This document shows, in pieces, positions 17,396-26,129 of a stretch of 32,000 bases of DNA (position 1 is its first letter; each line of letters opens with the position of its first letter). The notes under the pieces were generated by a model, which saw only the letters and a list, made by a program, of their open reading frames with translations, made no database searches and was not told where the DNA came from. The DNA is from Pirellula staleyi DSM 6068 (GTDB taxonomy: Bacteria; Planctomycetota; Planctomycetia; Pirellulales; Pirellulaceae), in assembly GCA_000025185.1 (NCBI GenBank), contig CP001848.1, positions 1,890,001-1,922,000 on the forward strand, given 5' to 3'. The position numbers were made by a program, and so were the translations under genes.

Positions 17396-19948
17396 CTACC
17401 GGTAGTTCACCACCACCGTCATCACCCCATCGTGCATGGCTCGCACACGAATCCAGTGGGCCTGAAAGCCCTTCGGGAAACTGTAGGCGACCACTTCTCC
17501 ACCGGGCGTAGAAAGCTGCAGCGCCGACTTCCTCGGCTGATCGGCCGGGACCACATCGGGCTTCACTTCGCCACCAATTCGGACAGGGACACGATAGGCA
17601 TGAAATCCGGTGTGATCGAAATCGACGTCGATCTCGATGCTCGCACCTTGGTCGTTATCGGTCCAGAACGACAGCTCGATCTGCTCGTAGCCTGTGGCCA
17701 GAATCGGATCGGAAATGTCCCCTACTTTCACTTGGGTATCGCGCCACAAATAGCCTTGGCCGACCGGGCGTCCCAGTTTCCACAGATCGTCGATCGCCCC
17801 CATCCAGAGCGGCAGTTTTTCACTCGCGAGTTGCAAGTTGGAACTATCGGCATCGGCGGCCAGACTTGCGCCGGCCAGCACCATCAGCCCGCGCCAGGTG
17901 CACATGTCGGTGATCAGTTTGTTGTGACTTGCCACCGGTTTGATATGCGAGAACATCGGCTGGTGATCGTCGGTACGGGGCATCTCATAAATCGTGCCGT
18001 GCAGATTCGCCATGAAGCGTTCCGACACCACTTCGCGTACACCACGTGCCCAGCCTGCGGCAAAAGGCTCGCTATAAATTTTGCTGGACACCGGCAAACG
18101 CCAACGTTTCTTCGCGAAATCGGTGACCACCACCGTCTCGTCAACCATCTCAAAAGGCTGCTCTACCGCTAACGTTTTCTCGAGAAATGCTAGTCGATCT
18201 GCTGGTCCTGCGTTCACTTCGAGCTTGGTGAGATCGTCCGCTAGTTCGACTTCGCGATGCATCAAGGGTCCCGCTTTGCCATCGGCATCCACGACATGCG
18301 CAAATACTTCGAGACTTCGGTTATGACCACCAGGACGGAACGTGGCTGCAAGGTAGTTCTTCGGATTCTCGACTGTCGCGAGTCCATCGAAGAGTTTCTC
18401 TTCCTCAGCCTCCCTAGCGCGCGGCGAATAGCCATGCACGTAGGCGGTGAGTTTCGCAGCTAAGTGCGATTGCACCTTCAGCCACTGCGCTTCGACCGAC
18501 TTATCGAGAATCACACTTTGATAGCCGGGGAGAAGTTCGATGCTGCCGATCGAGTTGTAGCCGTTGTTGCTCGCCACATCGGCTAGCAGTTCGACACGCA
18601 CTGGCGCGTCGCCATGATTCACCAGATGGACCGTGCGATGGTCGTAGCCCCGCACCAGCAGTGGATCGCTCGGCGCTTCGGTCACGTCGTCGTGTTGCCA
18701 AACACCCCCCGCTCCGAACTTGGGTCCCCAGTGAATCAGGTCCTGCGACTTGCCCATCCAAAAATTCGATTGTGCTTGTCCCACAAGCGGATTTTGCATG
18801 AACGACGCATCGTCGGCAGCCAGCACTAGCTGACCATCGAAGGTGCAGAAGTCGGGGATGTAGCGTAGGTGCGAACAAATAGGCTGCAGGCCTACCGGAG
18901 TCGTTTCCTTGAAGCTCAGTGGGAGCATGAAAACGCCCCCATGCATCACGACGAATGCCATGCCAGGAGCTACTTCGCGAATGCGCGGCCATTCGGTAAA
19001 CCAGCCGTGCGATGCATCAAAGCAGTGACTCGCCTTGAGGAGTCGACGGGTGCTCCATTGGCCATCTTCGAGCACCTTGAGAATCACACTCCGTCGATCC
19101 CAGCCGAGCGCCCAGAGCGGAGCATCAGACGCTGGACTCCCCTCGATGCCCCCCGGTCCCGTGATGTCGGTGAACTGCTTACGCTCGATGATCGTCCAGG
19201 TTTTTCCATCCCACTCGGCGAGCACACCCGCTTCGTCTTTATGCTTCGACGGACCACCCGCCTGCAATGTTTTGTACGAACGTTCGCCCGAGGCATGTTC
19301 GCCATTGTTGGATACGACGAGTCGGCCTTGTCCTGTGTAAGCACCTTTGCCGTGCCAACCTGGAACCGGTTTGTCGAACAGTTTTTTGACCGACAGGTCG
19401 TGAACGTTCACTTCATAAAGGGTCCCTTCCATGTCGTAGAAGTAGACCCAGTTGTTGGGATCGGTCAGATGCTCGGCCACGGCAGTCATCCGTCCATCGA
19501 GCTGCTTGAGATCGCAGGCGCGAACCACTCCCTTTTCGTTGATGAAATAGGGGCCGATGATCAGCTGCTGGCTGGCGCGATGAATCATCCGCGAGGCATG
19601 CGTTCCACCGACACTCTCCTCGCGAATCTTCTGCACGAAGTTCTGGTCGATCTCGTAGAGTTTGTCGCGGCTGCCACTTCGCTTGTGAGGTGGGTAGGTG
19701 ATCGCCCAGAGCTTGTCGGCCCACTCAACCACCGCGCCGATGCCACACTCGCCGTGATCTTTGGCGGGGAGCGTTCCCAGCGGCGTGTTGTAGCAGCAAA
19801 GATGGGGATAGATGCCACGAATCTTCAGCGGCTTAAACGTGGCTACAGGGGCATCGCCTGCCAAGGTGTCGTCTATGGTTTTGAGCAGGGCGATGCCGCC
19901 AGCAGCGGCTGCGGAAGCGAGGAGGAAGTTGCGTCGATTCGTAGTCAT
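17396..19948 (-). CDS. Large Tat-signal exported protein of unknown family (850 aa) with an internally duplicated C-terminal module
   Basis: The ATG at 19948, with GGAG about 10 nt upstream, gives MTTNRRNFLLASAAAAGGIALL (twin-arginine signal). The long ORF has protein-like composition. I recognise no catalytic motif. Two paralogous modules are described in the findings. Confidence 0.7.
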   Translation of the reverse strand: MTTNRRNFLLASAAAAGGIALLKTIDDTLAGDAPVATFKPLKIRGIYPHLCCYNTPLGTLPAKDHGECGIGAVVEWADKLWAITYPPHKRSGSRDKLYEIDQNFVQKIREESVGGTHASRMIHRASQQLIIGPYFINEKGVVRACDLKQLDGRMTAVAEHLTDPNNWVYFYDMEGTLYEVNVHDLSVKKLFDKPVPGWHGKGAYTGQGRLVVSNNGEHASGERSYKTLQAGGPSKHKDEAGVLAEWDGKTWTIIERKQFTDITGPGGIEGSPASDAPLWALGWDRRSVILKVLEDGQWSTRRLLKASHCFDASHGWFTEWPRIREVAPGMAFVVMHGGVFMLPLSFKETTPVGLQPICSHLRYIPDFCTFDGQLVLAADDASFMQNPLVGQAQSNFWMGKSQDLIHWGPKFGAGGVWQHDDVTEAPSDPLLVRGYDHRTVHLVNHGDAPVRVELLADVASNNGYNSIGSIELLPGYQSVILDKSVEAQWLKVQSHLAAKLTAYVHGYSPRAREAEEEKLFDGLATVENPKNYLAATFRPGGHNRSLEVFAHVVDADGKAGPLMHREVELADDLTKLEVNAGPADRLAFLEKTLAVEQPFEMVDETVVVTDFAKKRWRLPVSSKIYSEPFAAGWARGVREVVSERFMANLHGTIYEMPRTDDHQPMFSHIKPVASHNKLITDMCTWRGLMVLAGASLAADADSSNLQLASEKLPLWMGAIDDLWKLGRPVGQGYLWRDTQVKVGDISDPILATGYEQIELSFWTDNDQGASIEIDVDFDHTGFHAYRVPVRIGGEVKPDVVPADQPRKSALQLSTPGGEVVAYSFPKGFQAHWIRVRAMHDGVMTVVVNYR

Positions 19949-20068
19949 GGAGAGTTGGCTCCTTCGGAGCAGTTGACGATGTTCCAATAATGATCGAGGT
20001 GCCGAGCATGGCTGGTGCGACCAATTGTCGCGCCGCCAGCGGCGCTCAAGCCAGTGGAGCCAACAACA

Positions 20069-20614
20069 ATGAGCGGTTCATCCAGCACAATTACGGCCAC
20101 CGATCCGGGGAGTATCGATCCTCGGATTTCACCCACGCTGTCGTGGCCGCTGAAGCTCCTCGCGCTGATCGGTATTGTAATCGCCGTTTTGGCGGTTGGG
20201 GGTGGTAGTGCTTTAGCCGGGAGTCCCGACGCTTGGTATGCGGCCCTCGTTCGACCGCCACTAGCGCCCCCCAATTGGATTTTTGGGCCCGTTTGGACGC
20301 TGCTCTACATCATGATGGGGATCAGTTTGTGGCTGCTGATGCTGGCACCGGCAGGGCGCCAGCGAACAACCGCTATCGGGCTGTTTCTTCTGCAGCTGCT
20401 ACTCAATTTCGCCTGGACCCCGATTTTCTTTGGGCTCCATCGCACCGATCTGGCAGCCATCGAAATTGTGCTACTGCTGCTGGCCCTGCTCGCCACCATC
20501 GGCGCGGCAGCACGCGTCAGCCGACCAAGTGCGCTGCTGCTGGTTCCCTACGCCGCCTGGGTCAGCTTTGCGACGTACCTCAGTATCGGCTTTTGGTGGC
20601 TCAATCGAAGTTGA
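20069..20614 (+). CDS. tspO: TspO/MBR family tryptophan-rich sensory protein
   Basis: WYAALVRPPLAPPNWIFGPVWTLLYIMMGISLWL, LLNFAWTPIFFGL and LLVPYAAWVSFATYLSIGFWWLN are the canonical TspO motifs across five TM segments. The start is set at the ATG at 20069, while the track ORF begins at 20015. Confidence 0.88.
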   Translation: MSGSSSTITATDPGSIDPRISPTLSWPLKLLALIGIVIAVLAVGGGSALAGSPDAWYAALVRPPLAPPNWIFGPVWTLLYIMMGISLWLLMLAPAGRQRTTAIGLFLLQLLLNFAWTPIFFGLHRTDLAAIEIVLLLLALLATIGAAARVSRPSALLLVPYAAWVSFATYLSIGFWWLNRS

Positions 20615-20654
20615 GCTGCATCGAGCAGGCCGGTCCCTTCAAGATCGGCCCGCT

Positions 20655-22472
20655 TTAAACTTTGCCTGCCAGTTTCAGAGCGGCCATGACACCGATGAAC
20701 AGGAAGCAGCAGCCACCCAAAAAGAGTCCGATCCGAATGAAGATGTTCGGCCGAATTTCTTTGGGTAGCAGGATGGTGTTCACAAACATCGTGTGCCAGC
20801 AGCTGAACGCGAAGGCAAAGTTGTAGCCTGTCGACGACAGCTTAAAGACAAAGCCGGGCTTATCGATCAGCCACAGAATGGTGAACCCGAGCGTGCAGTA
20901 GCAGCAGAGGACCGTGAAGTAGACATAGCGGATGTAGCTCGTATCGAGCTCGCGCATCCGGGGACTTGCTGTCCAGATCACATCGACCCAGCGTCGAATG
21001 AAGCCGTCCATCGTCGTGGCGTTGCTGGTGATCATCACCAGGAATCCGCAGAAGAGGGTGAAGCCCCAGAAAGCGCGTCCCAGTTTGGGTCCTGACACCG
21101 TTTTCGAGAGCCCGCTTTCATACGCCAGCACACCAGGCGGAGGATTGGCTACCTGACGCTCCACGCCACCAGCAGTGGCTGCTGCGGTGGTCCAGTCGTC
21201 GCTTCCCGTTCCGCGCGGCAGGAACTCCACCGAGAGGATGCTCGGCAAAGCGACACCGACAAAGCAGGCGAGCATCCAGACGCAGGTTTGATCTCGAACG
21301 ATATGAAGATACCAGCGTCGCCACCGCGGCAGCGATTCCTCGTTCACAATGAACACACTTCCCACGTGCGAAAGGGTGATGCCGTGGCCACCGACGACAC
21401 TCGGAATCGCGCCGACGTGATGCCCCATTCCCCATCCCTGATCGCGCGTGAAGTTGCTGATCGGCGTATTGGTCAGGCCACCGTTGCCGGCAATCGCCGC
21501 CAGACCTGCGATGAACGCAATCAGCGAAAGATCGACCGCCGGGAAGGTTCCCTTCGTTGCGAGCGAGACAAACACATTCTCGACGTTCGACCCGTCTTGT
21601 TTGCCATCCCCATCGACATCTTCAAACTTAATCAGCTTGCCCGCCGCATCTTTCTCCCACGTGTCAGGCTTTCCATCCCCATCGGAGTCGATGGAAACTG
21701 CCAGCGAAGGCTCGACGATATCGAGCCGTCCATCGAGGTCGAAATCTTCGCCCGGATCAAGCACTCCATTGCCGTTGAGATCTTCTGCGCGAATGATCGG
21801 CACGTTACCGATTTTTGTAAACCCGCTGACAATCTCGACCCAGCTCGAGGGACGGGAGTAGAACAAGCTCAGGATCACTAAGAATCCAACGACCACCACG
21901 AGCTTAAAGCTCATGATGAACTTCAGGCTGTTGTAGACCTTGCCACCGAAGATCAGCGGAATCATCGTCCCGCCGTAGAGGCAGCTGCTCACGATTTTGT
22001 GAAACCACCAGTCCGATGCGCTCCCATCGGGGTCGGGTAGTCGGCCGAGCAAGATTGCTTCGAGAGGGACAGCCGCATTGACCGCGAGATAGGGAGCAAT
22101 CGATCCCCAGTCGAGCATCAGGTAGATGACGACCCAAAAATAGGGATGCGGAAAGAGACGGAATTTGCCCGTGAAAATCGGTTCGCCGGTGTAGAGCGTG
22201 TAGCGGCTGATTTCGATGTTATAAAGCACCTGGATCAGAATGCTGAGGGTTGCGACCCACAGTAGCGATCCACCATACTTGGCGGTGACAGCGGGGCCAG
22301 CCAGCCACTCGCCACCTCCGATCGCCGCGGCCCCCATGACGAGGCCCGGCCCGATCATGCTCAAGATGTTTCGCCAGTGAAACTTCGGAGCATCGATCAG
22401 TTCGTTCACGTCCCATTGGGGCATTGCGTGCGAACCGGGCCAAGGCGCACTGGTGGCGGGTTTGTCGCTCAT
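20655..22472 (-). CDS. Nramp-superfamily-like multi-pass membrane transporter (divergent) carrying an acidic DxDxDG-repeat loop insertion
   Basis: 605 aa. The N-terminal NILSMIGPGLVMGAAAIGGGEWLAGP aligns by eye with the Nramp TM1 region (GPG...DPGN), but GGGE replaces DPGN. There are about 11 or more hydrophobic segments. Residues about 229-297 are an acidic Asp/Gly repeat region. Confidence 0.6.
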   Translation of the reverse strand: MSDKPATSAPWPGSHAMPQWDVNELIDAPKFHWRNILSMIGPGLVMGAAAIGGGEWLAGPAVTAKYGGSLLWVATLSILIQVLYNIEISRYTLYTGEPIFTGKFRLFPHPYFWVVIYLMLDWGSIAPYLAVNAAVPLEAILLGRLPDPDGSASDWWFHKIVSSCLYGGTMIPLIFGGKVYNSLKFIMSFKLVVVVGFLVILSLFYSRPSSWVEIVSGFTKIGNVPIIRAEDLNGNGVLDPGEDFDLDGRLDIVEPSLAVSIDSDGDGKPDTWEKDAAGKLIKFEDVDGDGKQDGSNVENVFVSLATKGTFPAVDLSLIAFIAGLAAIAGNGGLTNTPISNFTRDQGWGMGHHVGAIPSVVGGHGITLSHVGSVFIVNEESLPRWRRWYLHIVRDQTCVWMLACFVGVALPSILSVEFLPRGTGSDDWTTAAATAGGVERQVANPPPGVLAYESGLSKTVSGPKLGRAFWGFTLFCGFLVMITSNATTMDGFIRRWVDVIWTASPRMRELDTSYIRYVYFTVLCCYCTLGFTILWLIDKPGFVFKLSSTGYNFAFAFSCWHTMFVNTILLPKEIRPNIFIRIGLFLGGCCFLFIGVMAALKLAGKV

Positions 22473-22601
22473 GCTTTGCTCAATCGGTCTCGTCGCAAAG
22501 TGGTGGGAGAGGAAGCAGACGTTGGGGTAGAGAGTATCGACTGCGATCGTGGGTGGGTCAACCTTCTTGGGGAAAAACTACGGGAAACTACAATACTCTC
22601 C

Positions 22602-23666
22602 ATGAACACACGTACCCATCGCGGACTCACGCGGCTCGAGATCATCACGCTCGTCTTCATCGCGGGCGCAGCGTTCTGCATCCTGATGCCCTACCTGGCC
22701 TCCTCGCGCAACAGTTCGCGCCAGGCGCAGTGCGACCGAAAACTGCAGGAGCTTGCGCGGACCACCACGTTCGTAGCTCAGCTGAAAGACGAATTCCCCG
22801 GCTACAGCAACTTGCGCGCGAAGCATGGCAAACTTGGACGTCTGCGCACCGGGTGGGTCTTTCCGCTGTTGCCTTTTATCAGCCGACCGATCGATCCGGT
22901 GACGCTCGAGCCCCCTGGACCCGATGTGCTGGGGCCTCGCGCCGATATCCACCTGAAGTATGGTCCCGCTGGGGAGGATGAAGTGCGCGGCCAAGAGCCC
23001 GATCGATACCTCCCGGAACTTGTCTGCCCGGCTGATCCTCGGCTGGCCAGTTCCAAGCGCCTGGCTCTTCTCACCTATGTCGCCAACTGCGGTCTTCCCG
23101 ACGCGCAAGGGGCTCGAGAAAGCGCTGGAGATCTGCTCCCCGATGGTCCGGAAAGCGGCGTGTTTCTCGACAAGTTTCCGGAGTGGAAAGAGCCGTATCA
23201 ATTGACGATTCCCGAGATCGAAGCAGCCGACGGAAGTGAGTTCACGCTGCTGTTTAGCGAGAATATCGACGCCAGCCTCTGGACCGATGCTACCGAACCG
23301 CAGGTGGGGTTTGTCTGGAGCGTCAACGATGGGCTCGCTGATCCGGTAGCAATGGCTGATGGAGCGCTCGCTGACGGAGCACAGCTGAGCGACGAGCAGA
23401 AAGGTTGGCTCCGAGAGATGCCCAGCGTGCTGCCGATGAATGCCGAGCGTGGTCAGGGAGATCGGAGCAGTTTGAAATATGCTCGTCCTTCGAGCATGCA
23501 TGGCGATGGGGTGATGGTGGTGTATGTCGATGGTCACACACGATGGACTAGCGACAAAATCGATCCACGGATTTTTCAGCACCAAATGACACCGATGGGA
23601 ACCAAAGTTCGCTTCCCCGGAACGGAGGTCCCTATGCCCGAGCCTTGGCGCGAAGTGCGTGAGTAG
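22602..23666 (+). CDS. Divergent DUF1559 / H-X9-DG family pseudopilin-like protein
   Basis: The ATG at 22602 gives MNTRTHRGLTRLEIITLVFIAGAAFCILMPYLASSRNSSRQAQCDRKLQEL. G|LTRLE keeps Glu at +5 of a prepilin-type motif. The C-terminal HGDGVMVVYVDGHTRW fits H-x9-DG. The 75 upstream codons of the track ORF overlap the divergent neighbour's start. Confidence 0.7.
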   Translation: MNTRTHRGLTRLEIITLVFIAGAAFCILMPYLASSRNSSRQAQCDRKLQELARTTTFVAQLKDEFPGYSNLRAKHGKLGRLRTGWVFPLLPFISRPIDPVTLEPPGPDVLGPRADIHLKYGPAGEDEVRGQEPDRYLPELVCPADPRLASSKRLALLTYVANCGLPDAQGARESAGDLLPDGPESGVFLDKFPEWKEPYQLTIPEIEAADGSEFTLLFSENIDASLWTDATEPQVGFVWSVNDGLADPVAMADGALADGAQLSDEQKGWLREMPSVLPMNAERGQGDRSSLKYARPSSMHGDGVMVVYVDGHTRWTSDKIDPRIFQHQMTPMGTKVRFPGTEVPMPEPWREVRE

Positions 23667-23672
23667 CGCTGC

Positions 23673-25205
23673 TTATTTGATGGTGCGGCGTAGCAGCACG
23701 AGGTTGCCAAACCAAGTCGCCTGATCGAAGCTCGCTATCACCGGCGCATAGGTGGGGTGCTGCTGCAGTTCGACGAACGATCGCTCGGAGCCGCGCAGAA
23801 CCAGGGCCTCACTTGCGCCGAGCGATCGAGGCTCGCGTGCGAGCGAGCGAATATCGAGCGGCACAATGCGCGGCGCAGGGTCGCCGCTGATCTGGTAGAT
23901 CGCCGTGAGAGGAAACACGAGAAAGGCATCCCCTTCCGAGGTGCGATGCTTGAGCAGCTCGGGGGCTTCGATCAATCCACTTCGGAGATGGATCGTGGCG
24001 GGGCGCTCGGTCTCGGCCAGCGCGCTGAGGTGCTCGACGAGGCCGCGCCAATCTTCGCGACGATCGGCGATCAGCACGCCGCGGGTCATCACGTTTTGTG
24101 CCAAACCGCTCTGATAAAGGGTGAAACCGACCAGCAGCGATCCGACGGCAATAGCTCGCAGAGTCGATTTTTCGCAGACGATCACAAGTAGCGATGCCAG
24201 CACGATGAGCGGCACGATAGAGCAGACGAGATAGCGGGCGGTGAGCAGCGGCGCAAAACCCGCAGCACTGGCGATGTAGGCTAGCACCAGTGGCAAGAGG
24301 GCTGTCGCTGCAACCAGCGCAATGCGGCTGAACTGCAGATCCTCGAGCTTGCTCGCTCGCTGGCGGAGCGCGATCGCCACCACAATCGCCAGCCCAGCGA
24401 GGGCCAGCACCGTCCCGGGTACGACGGTGAAGAGCTGCGGCAAATCGTGCCACGCTACTTGCTCGAACGAGAGACTCCAGTTTGCGCGGCGCGCGGTGGC
24501 CAGGCGGATCAGTTCGAGCTGAGGAAAGATCAACAGAGGGAGTAGCAGCGCGCACAAGCCGAACTGTCGATAGCCAAAGCGTTGGCTGGGGGGGCGAAAC
24601 TGCACGAGGATTGCAAGCGTGAAGAGTTCGGCACCGATCGGCAAGAGACCCGTGGGATGCAGATGGATCACGAGCGCCGCCGAAGCAGCCCACAGACATT
24701 GCATGCGAAGCGTCGGCTGCTCGATCATCGCTATGGCAATCAGCAGATGCACCACCATGACGAGCTGCAGTAGCGCATACGGACGAGCCTCACTTGCATA
24801 GAAGATTGGCAAGTGACTCACCCCCACCATCATCGCTGCGATGATCGCGGCTGTCGGCGCTGCAATGGTGCTTCTGGAGAATAGTCGCGCAGCGAGCAAA
24901 CTCGTTAGCGGCACCAAAGCGATGCCACTCAGAAGACTTACGAGCCGCAGTGCAATCTCGCTCTCACCCAGCACGAAAACAACGAGTTTCACCACGTAGA
25001 AATAGAGGGGCGATTGGTTGCCGATCAGCGCACGACGACTCACGTCGCTCCAGTCCCCATGCACGCACCAACTGGTGTGAAGTTCATCGAGCCACAGGCT
25101 CTCGCCGACGTGCCACGTGCGAAGGATCGCTGAAGCGATGGTGACGCCAGCGACGATCCCAAGGGTGGATGGAGCGAGCTTAGGCACAGAGGGGGCTGAT
25201 GTCAT
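23673..25205 (-). CDS. GT-C fold membrane glycosyltransferase (PMT_2 / ArnT / GT39-83-like)
   Basis: 510 aa with about 11-12 TM segments, then a C-terminal soluble domain of about 130 aa. The first-loop motif is RTWHVGESLWLDELHT (acidic DE pair). NQSPLYFYVVKL and YASEARPYALLQL are typical of the PMT_2-type family as I recall it. Confidence 0.7.
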   Translation of the reverse strand: MTSAPSVPKLAPSTLGIVAGVTIASAILRTWHVGESLWLDELHTSWCVHGDWSDVSRRALIGNQSPLYFYVVKLVVFVLGESEIALRLVSLLSGIALVPLTSLLAARLFSRSTIAAPTAAIIAAMMVGVSHLPIFYASEARPYALLQLVMVVHLLIAIAMIEQPTLRMQCLWAASAALVIHLHPTGLLPIGAELFTLAILVQFRPPSQRFGYRQFGLCALLLPLLIFPQLELIRLATARRANWSLSFEQVAWHDLPQLFTVVPGTVLALAGLAIVVAIALRQRASKLEDLQFSRIALVAATALLPLVLAYIASAAGFAPLLTARYLVCSIVPLIVLASLLVIVCEKSTLRAIAVGSLLVGFTLYQSGLAQNVMTRGVLIADRREDWRGLVEHLSALAETERPATIHLRSGLIEAPELLKHRTSEGDAFLVFPLTAIYQISGDPAPRIVPLDIRSLAREPRSLGASEALVLRGSERSFVELQQHPTYAPVIASFDQATWFGNLVLLRRTIK

Positions 25206-25258
25206 GATTCAGCCAGCATAATTCGCTCGAGCCGTTTGTCGCTATTGTGGGCGAGTGA

Positions 25259-26083
25259 TTACTCGGCAATCGCGCTTGCCAGTTCGGTAGAAACGCTTTC
25301 GATATGCTCGGCGCTAATGGCGGGAAGTTCTTCGGCAAAACCGACCAGTAAGGCGAGATCGCACAAGCGATTGATTCGCCGCGGAATTCCTTGGGTCAAG
25401 TGATGGACTGATTCGATCGCTTCGTCCTCGAAAATCGCCCGCTGACAGCCAGCCGCCGAGAGGCGATGCTGCACGTAGGCCATCGTTTCCGCGAGCGAGA
25501 ATCGGCGAACCAAACATTTCACTGCGAGTCGTTCTTCGAGATCGGGCATCTGCTCAATGGCGAGCAGTAGCGATGTTTGTCCTACCAGGATGAATGTCGC
25601 CAGCGGCTGTGAATGATATTCGAGGTTCATGAGCAGACGGATCGTTTCGAGCGCTGAGGTATCGCGTAGCAGATGCGCTTCGTCGACGACAATCACGGCA
25701 TGCTTTTGCGATTTCGCGTTTTCGATCAGCCTCGTTTCGATGCGCGACAAGGAGGCATCGAGCGCTGCGGGGCTGGTGGACGACAAGCGTGATCCAGTCA
25801 GTTGATCGGCCAGATAGGCGAGCAGTTCACCGGTGCTGAACTGCGGAAACACCAGTTGCACGCGTGGGGCAAAACTGTCGGAGAGTTGACGCAGAATGGC
25901 TTGCGCCAGCATCGTTTTCCCGAGGCCACAGCCACCAGCGAGCACAGCCCCTTGGCGCCGATTTTCGATCGCATAACGGAGCTTCAAAATCGCTCCTTGC
26001 TGCGAATCGCTCGGGTAATAGAACCGCGGATCGCCGAATGGTTCAAACGGCTTTGCGGCTAATTGCCAGTACGCCTGGTACAT
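25259..26083 (-). CDS. ExeA / MshM-like AAA+ ATPase (AAA_22 type)
   Basis: 274 aa. MYQAYWQLAAKPFEPFGDPRFYYPSDSQQGAILKLRYAIENRRQGAVLAGGCGLGKTML combines the typical ExeA N-terminus (y..yfgl...PF....d..f.y.s..h.eal..L) with Walker A GxGKT. Walker B is VIVVDEAHLL. GIPRRINRLCD lies near the C-terminus. Confidence 0.85.
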   Translation of the reverse strand: MYQAYWQLAAKPFEPFGDPRFYYPSDSQQGAILKLRYAIENRRQGAVLAGGCGLGKTMLAQAILRQLSDSFAPRVQLVFPQFSTGELLAYLADQLTGSRLSSTSPAALDASLSRIETRLIENAKSQKHAVIVVDEAHLLRDTSALETIRLLMNLEYHSQPLATFILVGQTSLLLAIEQMPDLEERLAVKCLVRRFSLAETMAYVQHRLSAAGCQRAIFEDEAIESVHHLTQGIPRRINRLCDLALLVGFAEELPAISAEHIESVSTELASAIAE

Positions 26084-26129
26084 GGGGAAGTTTCCGTCTC
26101 GCTACCAGCCAAGCAGCCATTGCCAGGCT

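Noticed and set aside
20015-20068. The upstream extension of TspO (track start 20015), and the 75-codon extension of the DUF1559-like ORF (22377-22601).
   Set aside because: The extensions lack family similarity and overlap the neighbouring genes' 5' ends. The internal ATGs give N-termini consistent with the respective families.
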